Source: Octopus vulgaris
Taxonomy: Eukaryota
Assembly (NCBI GenBank): GCA_951406725.2
Contig: OX597831.1
Location: 38,130,001 to 38,194,000 of the forward strand
DNA length: 64,000 bases
Direction of reading: 5' to 3'
The notes below the pieces were generated by a model. The model made no database searches. It was not told the origin of the DNA and saw only the letters and a program-made list of their open reading frames with translations. Shown piece by piece: positions 1 to 12,826 of this stretch. The position numbers were made by a program, and so were the translations under genes. Numbering within the stretch: the stretch's first letter is position 1; each line of letters begins with the position of its first letter.

Positions 1-586
1 GACTGATGTCGATAAATAAATTCTCTATAAACATGTCAAGCACCCAAGACAATGGGTAAGGAAAGGAGAAACACCGGCAACCCAGGCTAAGAAGGTCTTC
101 GCACACGTAAGGTGTTGTTATGTTTGGAATGAGATGAAAGGTTTAATCCACTTTTAACATTTAAACACAACCCAACCGATAACAAAGGAGTTATGCTGCG
201 AGAAGCTTGAGCGGTTTAAGTCAAAGCTAGAAGAAAAAAAATGGCCATCTTTGGTTTCAAGACGAAAAGTGTCAACTTAATTATCCATCAGGATAATGCT
301 TGGCCACTTACAGCAGGGATGACATTCTAAAGGCTGGAGCAGTTTGAATTGGAAAAGAGGTCACCCACCATATTCACCAGACATTGCCCCATCTGATTAT
401 CATTTATTCCGCTATCTTCAAAATAATTTGGATGGAAAAAATATGAATTCTGTAGATGAGGTCAGAACAGTGCTGGAGGAGTATTTTTCGTCACGGACAA
501 CTGAATTTTGGAAGAGGGGCCTTGCAAGTCTACCAGATAGATGGAAGAACATTGTAGATAATGAAGGAGAGTATAGTTTAGATTAA
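1..586 (+). mobile_element. Mariner (DD34D) transposase, decayed C-terminal part, truncated by the window start
   Basis: ORF 344-586 contains HPPYSPDIAPSDYHLF and ends LPDRWKNIVDNEGEY. Upstream frames give HQDNA with stops and frameshifts. No right TIR is recognisable. Confidence 0.9.
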
Positions 587-1339
587 AAAATAACTTTGTT
601 CGTCTTAATTTTGAAGATGGGTGTCAACGTTTGCTACGTTTCTGCTTCTGTTCCCACCAGTTACACATCCTTGTTATCATCTGTGCCCCGATTTTCTACC
701 AGTTTTTTTTTTTTTTCTGGTCACTATAATTGTCTTTCACTACCTTCGTTTAGAACTGTTTTCTCTGTACGACACTCTCTTTCAAAGATTCTATATTTGT
801 AGCGATGCAAACGTTATGAGAAATTGAATTAGTTGAAAATATGATGATAAATATTATGTAAATAATTTTGTATGTTAATGCATAGATATTTATAACATAT
901 GCACAAGAAAATATAGAGATATTTCACTTCCAATACTGTTAATCTAAACATAGTTGTAAATGAATGAACATGGATTTTTAGATATTTGTAGGTCGATATC
1001 TTATGATTTAAACATATTATATTTTAGAATTGCTTTGATTATAGTCTGTTATGTGAACGAATAAAGAATTTGGTATTAACATTTGCGGAATTTCAAATTT
1101 AAATTTTGCGATGCAATGATAAATGTAAAGCTTTTATTAGCTGGTTTTATCAAGAGTCCATTAGCAAAATAAATGTTAATTCTTTGACGATAAATCGGGA
1201 AATTTTAAGCTGGTTAATAACCAAAGATATTTCTGTAAGAGCTTGAACTCTACATTTTTGCCTTTGACTTTCGTTGATTTGCATATCTTGTATTGAGTTC
1301 TGCATTGATGTCAGTTCTTATCAATCACTATATTCCGGA

Positions 1340-1594
1340 TACGTATAAACAGTCTGTGACATACGTACAAACACACGCATACTTGTACAGATACATACAT
1401 ACATACATACATACGTACATGCATACATACATACATACATACATACTTGTGTGTGTGCACGCGTGTGGGTGTCTGTGAGTGTATATATATATATGTGTGT
1501 GTGTGCGCGCGTGTGAATTTCTGTGAGTATATATATGTATGTGTGTGTGTACATATAGATATATACATACATTTATATATATACATATATACCA

Positions 1595-1625
<31 letters not shown>

Positions 1626-1910
1626 CGTTTGTGCATATGAATGATTGTGTGTGCCTCTGTGTGTGCGTGTGTGCCTCTCTGTGTGTGTGCCTCTCTGTGT
1701 GTGTGCTTCTCTGTGTGAGTGTATGTCTCTGTGTGTGTGTGTGTACATATAGATATATATACATACATTTATATATATACATATATACCAATATATATAT
1801 ATATGTGTGAGTGCGTGCATATGAATGCTTGTGTGTGCCTCTGTGTGTGTGTGTGTGCCTCTGTGTGTGTGTGTGCTTCTGTGTGTGAGTGTATGTCTGT
1901 GTGTGTACAG
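1340..1910. repeat. Compound (TACA)n/(TG)n/(TA)n microsatellite with an internal ~194-bp tandem duplication
   Basis: The block gtgtacatatagatatat...ataccaatatat...gtgcatatgaatg starts at ~1547 and again at ~1741. Confidence 0.85.
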
Positions 1911-2404
1911 AGATACAGAAAAGCAGACGGAGTATAAAGAAATGGGTAATTATGCATTTTGACGTTATGAATCAAACTAGAAAGGAAGATATAAAGTCGT
2001 TTCACGACGAGTTGTACTTGAAGGAAATAACTTTGGAGCTAACAGTTGCAAAGCAGTAGATTAGAATCCCACTAGTCATGGAATGTTCCCGTATCTCATA
2101 ACTGGATATATTATGTAAGCTCTGTTATAAAGGTGACATAATTGATGTAGACAACTGAATTCGTGATGACATAATGAAAAAGGTATATAACACAAATTAA
2201 AGATTATGAAGGAACCTCCTATGCGAAGGAAAATCGCTTCTGACGACAAAACCGTTCTTGTCATTTTGCTTAAATGCAAACGTTTCGATTCTTGTGTTAA
2301 CATTTTATATGATAACAAGATACAGGCCATGGTGGAGAAGATCTACAGACAGCAGTCAATAGGTACAGCATGAGAGTAACATTATTATTTATGAGTAATA
2401 GTGG

Positions 2405-2836
2405 CTTCAAAGTTTAGCACAATGCCAGCAATTTTTCGAGCATGTGCCAAGTCGATTGCATTGACCCCAGTGCTTAACTAGTGTTTATTTTATCAATCGC
2501 GAAAGAATTAAAGGCAAAGCCGACCTCGATATATTTTGAACTCAGGGCGTCAAGATGGGTGAAATGCCGGTAAGCATTTTACCTGATGCGCTAAATAGTG
2601 TTCCTGCTCTCAGCCATAATTTATAATCAATAAGGCTTTCAAATTTTGGCACAAGGCCAGCAAGTTTAGGAGAGAGGGATAGTCGATTATATTGAGCCCA
2701 TTGCTCAATTATTGCTTATTTTATTGATTGCGAAAGGATCAACAATAAAGCTGACCTCGGCGGGACTTCGACTCAGAGCGTGAAGTTGTTTTTTTTTGTG
2801 ATGGAGGGGGGCAACTATTCTGCCAGCTCATCACCT
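2405..2836 (-). mobile_element. Two tandem degenerate copies of SINE family A (tRNA-derived)
   Basis: Both match the family-A core gtcgat...gaccccag...ttttatcga...gaaaggatgaaaggcaaagtcgacctcggc seen intact at 25949-26176. Confidence 0.8.
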
Positions 2837-3009
2837 TCATTTATAAGTAATAAGACAGAGGAAAATATGGAAAGTTTGTTTGTCAAAAGAAGATAATCGC
2901 TCTGCCTCACACTGCAGCATATACTGTTCTTAACATCGCACAGACTAGTGTACAAGGATGTGATTTACGGCATTTAATTGATGGGAAGTATCACTAACTT
3001 TTTCTGATT

Positions 3010-3465
3010 TTAGTTATGTTTTACTGTTGTTACTTCCTTAACCCAGGGCAGCGATAAGCATAATGAAAGACGATCATCAAAAACATCATCTATATCCATA
3101 GGGATCGCTGTAGTCAGACAATCATGAAAGAGTACTCTGTGAAAGTTTTCCGCGTGCTGAGCCAAGCTCTGCTTCTCGGCTGGGTGATACCAACGCCAGG
3201 ACAATACACTTGTCCGCTATTCCAATCAGTGATGGGCATCAAAATTATCTTATCTGTTTATCTACAGTCTTGACATTTCTCCTTGTGACTTTTAATTGTT
3301 CCTCAAACTGAAGGAGAGCTTCAAGAGGGGTCGTTTTGAAGATAGTAAGAAGACGAAGGAGGCTGTGAAAAGGGTCCAGGACACATTCCTAGGGCTTTCA
3401 TGAAGTGCGTGGAGCGCTACAACAATTGCATTGAAGTTAGAGAATCCTATTTTGGAGGAAAGTAA
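3010..3465 (+). mobile_element. Mariner transposase remnant (second family)
   Basis: Broken frames read QDN...YSLDISPCDF*LFLKLK...RFED...VERYNNCIEVRESYFGGK*. Confidence 0.7.
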
Positions 3466-3467
3466 AC

Positions 3468-3511
<44 letters not shown>

Positions 3512-3513
3512 AT

Positions 3514-3690
3514 AATATGTTTCTTTATTAGCCATACAGGGCTGAACACAGACGGGACAAATTACAAAGTAGAGCTTTTCTTTTTAGGGAGAAAAAAACT
3601 GAGGTAGGTTTTCGATGAAAAGGGATCGTAAAAAGGGTAAAAAGAATTAAAAATACAATAAAAAATTATCAATAGGGATCAACGATCAAG
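3514..3690 (-). mobile_element. 3' UTR/tail fragment of the Tx1-like LINE, between (GATA)n tracts
   Basis: ctttattagccatacagggctgaacacagacgggacaaattacaaagtagagcttttc closely matches 34405-34465. Confidence 0.8.
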
Positions 3691-3751
<61 letters not shown>

Positions 3752-3843
3752 TGCATACATAAATATACATTTTGTATAAATACATAAAATATTATATAGC
3801 GCTTCACATCCAACCGTGCATGTACATTTGTTTATTTTTGTGT

Positions 3844-3896
<53 letters not shown>

Positions 3897-4415
3897 TTGT
3901 ATGAATAGGAAATGACAAGAAAGAAAGCAATGCTCAGGATTTAATTTTTCACACAGTATTTATTGTTTCACAAAATACACATCGGACACAACAGTCTGAT
4001 GTACAAAAGTGAGAAAATAAATTCGTTGTCATTATATTAATGTTTATACCAGATCCTTCTTCACATTTACGTTGTCTATTTTTCAAGTTCAACATTGGGA
4101 TACAGAAAGGTTGCTGGCGTACTGCACACTGCGATAGAATGCCTGTTACATTAAATCCTTTTGCGTAAAAATTTGTTAGACCGTAGAAAAGTTTTGGTTG
4201 ATTCCTAAACAACTCTGATTGGATAATCCTACGGCCACATCACCTACATTTATTTTGTAAATAGAATGATAACTACTCATTTAATGGCGGTATTCAGTAC
4301 AATATCAAGCCATTATTGGCAATTTTTTCATGACGTACGCAGGATCCGGTTGTTGTTGACAGAATTTTCCTAAATGAGAAGTTCCGGATTTAAACAAACG
4401 TCAAAACAAAACTTT

Positions 4416-4509
<94 letters not shown>

Positions 4510-5080
4510 CATGTATGTCTATTTGTGTGTGGGTGTTGGATGTGAGTATGTATGGTAATATATATATATGTAAGTGTATATATATATATTTACATATATA
4601 TAATACCATACATAATTAATTTATTTATATTTGGTTATATATGTCTATATATTTATTGATAGAGAAACGTTTAGATTTTTAATTACTATATTTGTTGATT
4701 ATAATTTAGATACTTATTTTTATGTTTTAATTATTTTATAATTATTAGATGTGAACTAAAATCTAAAAATATTATTTTGTTAAATAATTTGGTAATTAAA
4801 TATTGGAGTATAACTGAGTTAAAGTTATTCGAGAGTTTATTATGTTTTTTAAAGCCAAATTATATCTTCAAGATTAATACATATTTCTATCTATTTTTTC
4901 TACCTTAAAAATTAAAAATGAAATATTTAACATAATAAATGTGTAGTAGGAAATAATACTAATGTTTTAAGTTTCTAATTTAGTTCATGGAGTTCTTTCT
5001 ATAAGAAAAATTATTATTTATTTAATTCTTAAATAAATATTGTTTAACTCTATTTGCTTATTTAATTAACTATTATCATT

Positions 5081-5182
5081 AACCTGAAGATTGACTATAA
5101 TTCTAAATCGAATTTATTTCAATTGAATTTAAACTTAATTGTAATTCGAATTTGATTGCAGCCATGAAATGTACGTAGTGTT
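5081..5182 (+). ncRNA. Degenerate type-I hammerhead ribozyme with long stem II, in an AT-rich PLE-like terminal region
   Basis: CTGAAGA (5084-5090), imperfect hairpin tgactataat..aatcgaatt/aattcgaattt..attgcagcca, then GAAAT GTAC GTA (5166-5177). Stem I is weak. Confidence 0.5.
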
Positions 5183-5342
5183 CTTAATATTATATTATAT
5201 TTTTATCATTCATTTTATACTTTTTGAGATCTAGTTTTAAGTTATAATTTTTTTAAATTATATATATATATTGGTTGTTTATGTATTGGTTTATGTCTAT
5301 CATTACTTGAGTTGCATAGTAGTGGTTTTATCTCTAATTTAT

Positions 5343-5466
<124 letters not shown>

Positions 5467-5604
5467 AATATATATGAGCAAAACGCCCCCCACCATCCAA
5501 TGGACGGTGCTGAGTTGTCAAATATTTAAACCAAATTTTCTCAAGGCAACTTGTTCGAACGTCTCATAGGTCGCCCTTTGAAAAACACTGATTTAACCTA
5601 AATT

Positions 5605-6033
5605 TGAGACACCAGCAAAAGAAGAAATAAAGATAGGCTTATTTTCTATTCCCCCCAAAAAAACGATTTTATTCACACAAATACGGAACCGAAGAGTTTA
5701 AAGTACCAGTAATGATAAGGCTGTTGACTGAGAGAACGCAAACATGGTTTAAACAGTAAGTTCGGCAGGAAAGAAATGTGCCTGTAAGCAGTACAAAAAC
5801 AACAGAAAATGGAAGGTGCAGTTATGTACAGGTTGACGGAAGAAAACCAGGACAAAAACGGCTTTTTCGATCGCATTTCAGCTGGAATCGATTTTTGTAA
5901 TTTTTCCAAGACTTATACATGGCCTTATACCGTCGGTATCTACATATCAAATTTGAGCGCAATCGGATGGAGGATGCCCGAGGTCATAGAAGACACACAC
6001 ACAGACAGACAGAAGGGATTTTATATAATAGAT
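5605..6033 (+). mobile_element. Possible non-autonomous Helitron/Helentron-type (HINE/Lep1-like) element
   Basis: The 3' end caaatttgagcgcaatcggatg...acacagacagacag...ttttatataatagat has the typical layout of these elements. The 5' boundary is uncertain. Confidence 0.4.
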
Positions 6034-6584
6034 AATCAAAATAAGCAACAGATTATCGAGGAGTGATGCAGCCAGCACGACCGTTTCAATCGACTTCACT
6101 TAATTGAACAATGCAATCATTACATCAATTTAAATGTAGGGCTATGCTATCATCAGCTGCACAAATAAATAGAATTTTAATCAGTCGGATACATTAATAT
6201 AACTTTACTCAAATACTTTAACAGATCAAGAAGTTGGAAGAAATCCACGTTGTCACTATTGTAGCTAAGAATATATGGAAAGAAGTAGTGAATTCTCACA
6301 GAGGATAAAAATGCGTCCCTGAATTTCAAAAATTCCCATACAAACAAATTTCAACAATTTTGCTGTTTATGAATGATACAAAATACATAGAAAACAGAGC
6401 GCTTTTAACAGAGTTAAAAATTGCGGACAACATGTTTAAACGATCAAATGTTCGAATTTTCAAATAAATTTCAATGTAATTCACAGAGATAGATAATAAC
6501 AGAGTAAATGTTCGGGGAATATTATCATAAATGTACACTATAGAAAATTCTGTCATATTGAGTTTTTATAGAATACGTGGACAG

Positions 6585-6626
<42 letters not shown>

Positions 6627-6712
6627 AAAAATGGAGAGAGTGAGAGAGAGAAACGGTGGAGTTACAGTTATCTGCCATGGTGCAGGTAGTTCTTTTTTTG
6701 TTCGCGTACTGG

Positions 6713-6797
<85 letters not shown>

Positions 6798-7118
6798 AAT
6801 TTCATGGGGGGTTGGTTTTGCTTTTTTTTTTTGCTTCCAAGTCAATGAAATAATTACTAGCAGAGCTTTGGGGTTGAAGTCATCAACTAGCCCTATCTCC
6901 CAAAATTTCAGGCCTTGTATTTACAGTGGATATTAGTTTTCATTGGCGTTCCTTTTGTATAGTCACCTTTTCGTTGTTGTTATATCTGCAGAAACTTCTA
7001 TATTTCTCATCATTTTCCCCTTCTTCTTCGGTGTTCATTTTCATTACGACCATTCCCTGTATTTATGTAGAATGGCTGGTCTTTTCAAATGCAGTTCTGC
7101 CATTAAGAGTCACATCAA

Positions 7119-7305
7119 GGCGGTGAGCTGGCAGAATCTTTAGCATTCCGGGCAAAATGCTCTCAGTTGAAATTCTCCTGATGTTGATTTTTCCATTCAT
7201 CCTTTCTGGGTGGATGGAATAAGCACAAGTTGGAAAATGGCGTTGATGTAATCGTTTTACGCCTCCACCGAAACTGCTGGCCTTGTGCCGAAATTTGAGG
7301 GCAAT
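7119..7305 (+). mobile_element. SINE family A copy
   Basis: Head ggcggtgagctggcagaat (A-box-like), core ttcatcctttc.., tail ggccttgtgcc. Confidence 0.8.
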
Positions 7306-7356
7306 ATGAAGTGTCATACTGACAGGGGAAATATGGAATTGTACATTTCTTTATTG

Positions 7357-7670
7357 TAGGCACGTGGCTCAGGGATTAGAGCGTCGGACTCACAATCACA
7401 ATTCCCGGGCGGGGCGTGTTGTGTTCTTTAGCAAGACACATTATTTCACATTGTCCCAGTTCATTCATTTGCAGGAATGAGTTGCGGCGTTACTAGTGCC
7501 AAGCTATATCAGCCTTTACCTTTCTCTTGGATAACATTGGTGGCGTGGAAAGTGGAGGCTGTTATGCATGGGCGATTACTGGTCTTCCATTAACAACATT
7601 CCCCGCACTCGTACCTCGGAGGGTACCTGTCTAGGTGCAATCTTATGGTCATTCATGATCGAAAGGGGTT
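7357..7670 (+). mobile_element. SINE family D (tRNA head, CORE-like gagcaagacac)
   Basis: Head ggcacgtggctcagggattagagcgtcggactcacaatc. A paralogue lies at 48283-48550. Confidence 0.75.
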
Positions 7671-8068
7671 TTATCTTATTTTAACATTTCTTCAAAGATA
7701 TACAATTGTGTCACCATACTTTGTATATCTTTTACTAGCTGTCTGTAATCTTATATAATTCCGTGCTTTCACTGCACAAACGAAGACCAGTGGACCCTGA
7801 GTACTCACAACGCATTTCTAGTTTTGGAAGTCCTACCGTATTGAAGATACCGTAAGATATACGTATGCAGTGTCGGGTTCAATGGTGCCATTTGTAGGAA
7901 ATTGTATACATTATAAAGTTGAGAGTGTAATTACCTCAGTATATGTCTGAATCTGTACAACAGTACCAATAACTCTTTCTTTCTACGTCACTCATGTTAT
8001 GGCTACCTTTATTTCTAGACCCTTGTTGCATTGACTACTATATTCATAACTTTCTGTACAGCTAACGT

Positions 8069-8425
8069 GGAGGTGAAATGACCCAGTGGTTATGGTGGCA
8101 GTGAACTCGCGGTCGTAGGATCGTGGTTTCGATTCCCAAACTTAAACACCTAAAGCTCCATGAGGCTCCGGTAGTGGGTGGTGATGAAACCTACTGTACT
8201 CTTTCACCCCAACTTTCTCTTACTCTTTTTTCCTGTTTCTGTTTTACCTGTATTTCAAAGGGCCAGCCTTGTCACACTCTGCAACACTGAATCTCCCCGA
8301 GAACTAAATTAAGGGTACACGTGTCTGCGGAGTGCTCAGCCACTTGCGCGTTAATTTTGCGAGAAGTCTGTTCCATTGATCGGATCAGCTGGAACGTTCG
8401 TCGTCGCAATCGACGGAGTGCCACG
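8069..8425 (+). mobile_element. SINE family B (tRNA-Arg-like head; resembles Octopus OR-type SINEs)
   Basis: A-box tgacccagtggtt, actcgcggtc loop, B-box ggtttcgattccc, body acacctaaagctccatgaggctccgg shared with 10482, 47478, 49559, 55780 and 58011. Confidence 0.8.
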
Positions 8426-9879
8426 ATACAAGTAACCATGTATAACAAATCACAACTCGAAGATAAATTCCTTTGATATTTGCCGAATATCCTTTCGCTA
8501 AGGTAGTCTCTTTAATTGAGAAACCTTGAATTAGCTTTATCTGGCGTGTCTTCAGTAAATAGAATTATCTATATGCGTGTATTTAGGATTTTATTGTTGA
8601 ATACGAATATTGAGGAATATGTAGTGAAAATGAAAAGCGAAAAGCGAAGAGGAAAAAGCTGCTGTGAGTTGAATAAATATCCAGATAGTATATACAGTTT
8701 ACACTAGCAAACGAAAGAAAAGAACAAAATATTGACTTGTAAGAAGACGATTCCTCGTTTCGATTACAATGCATAGGGAACGACAAATGAAAAACATCTT
8801 TATTTGGAAAGATCTCCATTTCTCTCAGAGATACTTTATCGGCTGATGAGACTCATACTTTGGTCAGGAGGCATATTCTATATAATGCGTTCGAAACCAA
8901 CCTTCTCTGAAAGTCCGAACTTTCTCGTGCCTCTATATGCATTCTTTCTTTGTTAACACTTGACAACGAAAGACAATATTGTAAGTTGTTTATTGGAAAC
9001 TCCAGATAACTTATTGTTTATACATATTGCTTTGTTTCATTCGTTTGGCAGTCTCTATTTGAAGGCTTTGGTATTTCGCCGAAATCCAAAATACATTTTA
9101 AATAGTATAGTATTTTACTTCGTTTACATCTGATATGGATAAATTTATTCAAACACTAGATGTAATAAGGGCTCTTCTAGCCATTACGTTTACGCGTCAG
9201 TCTATAACTAGTTTTATCTCAAGTTTTCGCACTTCATGCTTCTGCTTTTTCTCCAGTTCAGCATTATTTTTAAAACCTTGCACGTAGACAAGTTTTCATG
9301 TTGTTTTTTTTTTTGCTTGTTTTTCGTCCTACACAAAATATTTTATGATGTTTTGCAAGCTGCACAAGTGATAAATATAATTTTGGTGGGTAGTGTATTG
9401 TATATGCAGTCATTGCTTGTCTTGTGTTTTTTTCTTTATTTTTACTTTTATTTTCATTTTTTCGTCTTTTTTTTTTTTTTTTTTTTGCCTTGTCAAGCCA
9501 ATTCACTCAGCGTTCAGTCGAAAATATTATAACAACAATTTATTGCAGACACAGCTAGCCAGAGTATTGAAACGTATTATATTTTTTATTGTGTTTACTT
9601 TTGTTCAAAGTATTCATCTAACGCTTCTTTTGTTTTGTCTTTTCTTGTTTCGTGTTTACTTTACATTAATACATTAGTACCTAAATATTTATACGTCTGT
9701 GTTTGGACTATTTCTGTTATTTCTGTTTCTTTAGCTTACATAATATAATTGCACATTCACTCATTCACGGATAGTCACAATTATATAATTAATAATCTTC
9801 AAGGTTACCTTGATATATTTGCTTATCATTTTTAACACAAAACCAGTTTAAGCAAATACTTAGCGACACATTCGGGGCA

Positions 9880-10470
9880 CATTCTGATACGATTTTCAGT
9901 GGCAAGTGCGTGTGTGAGCGAGAGCTGCAAACAGGTACCACACACATAACAGTCAATGGTCTTGCAGGCAGGTGTTAGGTGTGATGTGGTCGCAGAAATT
10001 GTCCGACAGCGATGACTTGGTTTTCCTGCTTGTGTTGCATGGTGCAGAGTTCTGTTGCCAGACATAGGGTCTTCCAGCAGCCACCCTCTTGCGCCAGGGC
10101 AGTACTACCTCCAACAGGCATTAGATGTAGACCCCCGTGTTGAGTTTGAGGCCGTGTGGGATGATGAATAGAGGCATAACGTTGCCACCACTACTGATCA
10201 CTTCAAACACCATGATGTCGACTGGATATTTGATCTTTATCACTCTCGGTACATATCCTCAGATTGCACTGTCCTCAGTCTGAAAATTTCATATTGCAGT
10301 TTTCAGCGCGAAAGCCAAGCAGTACATCCGCGTTTCCGGGAGAGTGAAGTGCGCCATGGTGCTACTTTTCACACAAATGGTGCCCAACTGACCTTACCAT
10401 AATATCTAATCGAGGAAATAAAAAAATGCGCATGCACAAAATCAGAATTAATGATTGGCAACAATTTAAA
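9880..10470 (-). mobile_element. maT/DD37D-type Tc1-mariner transposase remnant, internally deleted
   Basis: Minus strand reads IMVFEVISSGGNVMPLFIIPHGLKLNTGVYI*CLLEVVLPW..AAGRPYVWQQNSAPCNTSRKT..NFCDHITP. Confidence 0.8.
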
Positions 10471-10481
10471 CTTATATATGT

Positions 10482-10780
10482 GGAGGCGCAATGGTCCAGT
10501 GGTTAGGGTAGCAGACTCGCGGTTTCAATTCCCAGACCCTTGTAATACTAGTTTTTCCTGGAGATGTAAGTGTTTATTGAGTGAAAACACCTAAAGCTCG
10601 ACAAGGCTCCGGCAAGGGTGGTGCCAAGCTCTGCTGTACTCTTATACCACAACTTTCTCTCACTCTGTGTCACGTGGCTGTGGAGTGCTCAGCCACTTAC
10701 TTCCACGTTAATTTCACCAGCTGGCTGTTCCGTTTCTCAGATTAACTGGAATCCGCGTCATCGTAACCGACAAAGTGCCT
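10482..10780 (+). mobile_element. SINE family B copy with internal deletions
   Basis: ggaggcgcaatggtccagtggttagggtagcagactcgcgg...aaaacacctaaagctc...ggagtgctcagccactt. Confidence 0.8.
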
Positions 10781-10783
10781 CCC

Positions 10784-10826
<43 letters not shown>

Positions 10827-12051
10827 TATATATATATGTAAGTATGTATGTATGCATATATGCATGTATATATATATGTATCTAAATATATTTATTGAGA
10901 TATGCTTACATACTTACGTAGAACTTCTTCCCTGTGGGTGGTACACTTTTCCTTGTAATACTAGCTTTTCCTGGAGATATAAAATAACCAGTGTCTAGAC
11001 ATACGAACAGTGACCGTTTTAAACGCAGATATCTGATTTCAGAGATTTTTATCATCACATAACACAATGAAAAACTTCGATGCAGAATTTCCGTTACTAC
11101 ATTTTGCGATAAACTGATTAAGTTCCAAAGAGATTGGCAAGTGGCCAATTGGTTTAATAAACTGTGTTTATTTTCACTTTAAACTACACCAGCTGCAAGT
11201 ACAAAATGTCACTATTGTATCTCATTTGACATTTTCGTGTCTCCTTAATCACACTTCTCACTATGGCGAACGAACGAAGTCTTTTGTCTGCTTTTCTGTA
11301 AAAGCATGGTCATATTTTTGACACTGCAATCAATTGTTCTTTCACCTTTTGAGATGTTCTTCTCATTAGCTTATAGAAATTCTATTAGATTACCATACAA
11401 AAGAAAACGAAATGTAATGTTACTAATTCCATAGATAAATTTCCTTCTTGCTGAAGAGAGCTCAATACAAGTTTTTGTCAATTATTCTAATAATAACGAT
11501 TTCTCCTTGATTAGCTAATCACAAGATCCTTTCCAGCAAGTACAGAAAGCATTTTGAAATAGACTTGAATTGACTAATTGTAGCGTATTATGAATGTTGT
11601 TACTAATACTTGAAATATAAACATTATAATTTAAAAGGGAACTATTGTTTTATGAAATAGCTAGTTACAAATACGGATCACAAAGTGAGCGCTCTAAAAT
11701 TCTAAACACACGCACACATATAAAGTAAGAGCGAAAGAAACAGACAGAGAGAACGATAAAGTGTGAGATCTAAAGATACACTCATAGCGCGATAAGTACC
11801 TAAATAGACAGATGGATATGCAGATGGTTCGGCGATGAAGACGCAGTTCCATAATAAATTAAACAACCTGCTATTCAACTGACATGCAAGTGGCTGTACA
11901 TCCCCTAATCATATGTATGAACTGCACTCATACTAGACATCATCTTAAAGTGTATGTAATCTATCGGACTCTTCAGACAAGCAATTAAGTTACGGTGAGG
12001 TAATCAAACCCACACCTGGGTGAGAAACACAATTAAAAACTAATAAACACA

Positions 12052-12094
<43 letters not shown>

Positions 12095-12108
12095 AAACAC
12101 ACATACAC

Positions 12109-12178
<70 letters not shown>

Positions 12179-12253
12179 CTTTATTTAAAGCAGCAGAAAG
12201 TTCAACAAAATCTGAATTTCTCGTTGCCGTACATCAGACAGTTTTCAACAAAA

Positions 12254-12293
12254 TCTGTTACTCTGAGTTTCTCGTTGCCGTTCATCAGACAGT
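12254..12293 (-). ncRNA. Mirror-image hammerhead ribozyme in the left arm of the palindrome
   Basis: Reverse complement of 12295-12333. Confidence 0.8.
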
Positions 12294-12333
12294 TCTGTCT
12301 GATGAACGGCAACGAGAAACTCAGAGTAACAGA
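12294..12333 (+). ncRNA. Type-I hammerhead ribozyme (minimal, PLE-type)
   Basis: Stem I tctgt/acaga; core CTGATGA 12299-12305; short stem II a-cg-gcaa-cg-a; GAAAC 12316-12320; stem III actc-a-gagt; GUA triplet 12326-12328. Confidence 0.8.
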
Positions 12334-12365
12334 TTTTGTTGAATTTTCTGCTGCTTAAAATAAAG

Positions 12366-12424
<59 letters not shown>

Positions 12425-12593
12425 ATTAGTTTCTAATTGTGTTTCTCACCCAGGTGTGGGTTTGATTACATCACCGTAACTTAATTGCTCGTCTGAAGAG
12501 TCCGATAGATTACATACACTTTAAGATGATGTCTACCACTGTTATTTGAGTACTCTTTTTTTCCACCTTGTTTCACATTTATGTATTTACTCC

Positions 12594-12659
<66 letters not shown>

Positions 12660-12661
<2 letters not shown>

Positions 12662-12826
12662 TACGACGGTCTTCTTTCAAATTCCGTCTAACAAATACAC
12701 TCACAAGGCTTTGGTCGGCCCGAGGTTATAGCAGAAGACACTTGCCCAAGGTGCTATGCAGGGCATTGAGCCTGGAACCATGTGCTTCGTAAACTAGCTA
12801 CATACCACACAGCCACTACTACGCCT
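12660..12826 (-). mobile_element. SINE family C, 5' half (tRNA head plus CORE-like segment)
   Basis: cgacggtcttctttcaaattccgtctaacaaat..cacaaggc..gaagacacttgcccaaggtg..accacacagccact. Confidence 0.8.

Larger units (their letters stand above)
11934..12535. repeat. ~600-bp fold-back palindrome centred on two back-to-back hammerhead ribozymes
   Basis: 11934-12292 is the reverse complement of 12295-12535, apart from a few substitutions, microsatellite length and a partial internal duplication at ~12205-12244. The axis is cagacag-tt-ctgtctg. Confidence 0.95.

Noticed and set aside
3949-4390. Possible minus-strand exons (ag|GKFCQQQPDP, EGF-like; ORF 3949-4212)
   Set aside because: Cysteine spacing is not maintained and there are stops in all frames, so it is unsupported without a homology search.
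7855-7915. YVCSVGFNGAIC EGF-like peptide on the plus strand
   Set aside because: Bounded by stops, no convincing splice sites, and too short.
8840-8920. CTGATGA..CGAAAC hammerhead-like pair
   Set aside because: No consistent stem I or III and no properly placed UH; probably chance.
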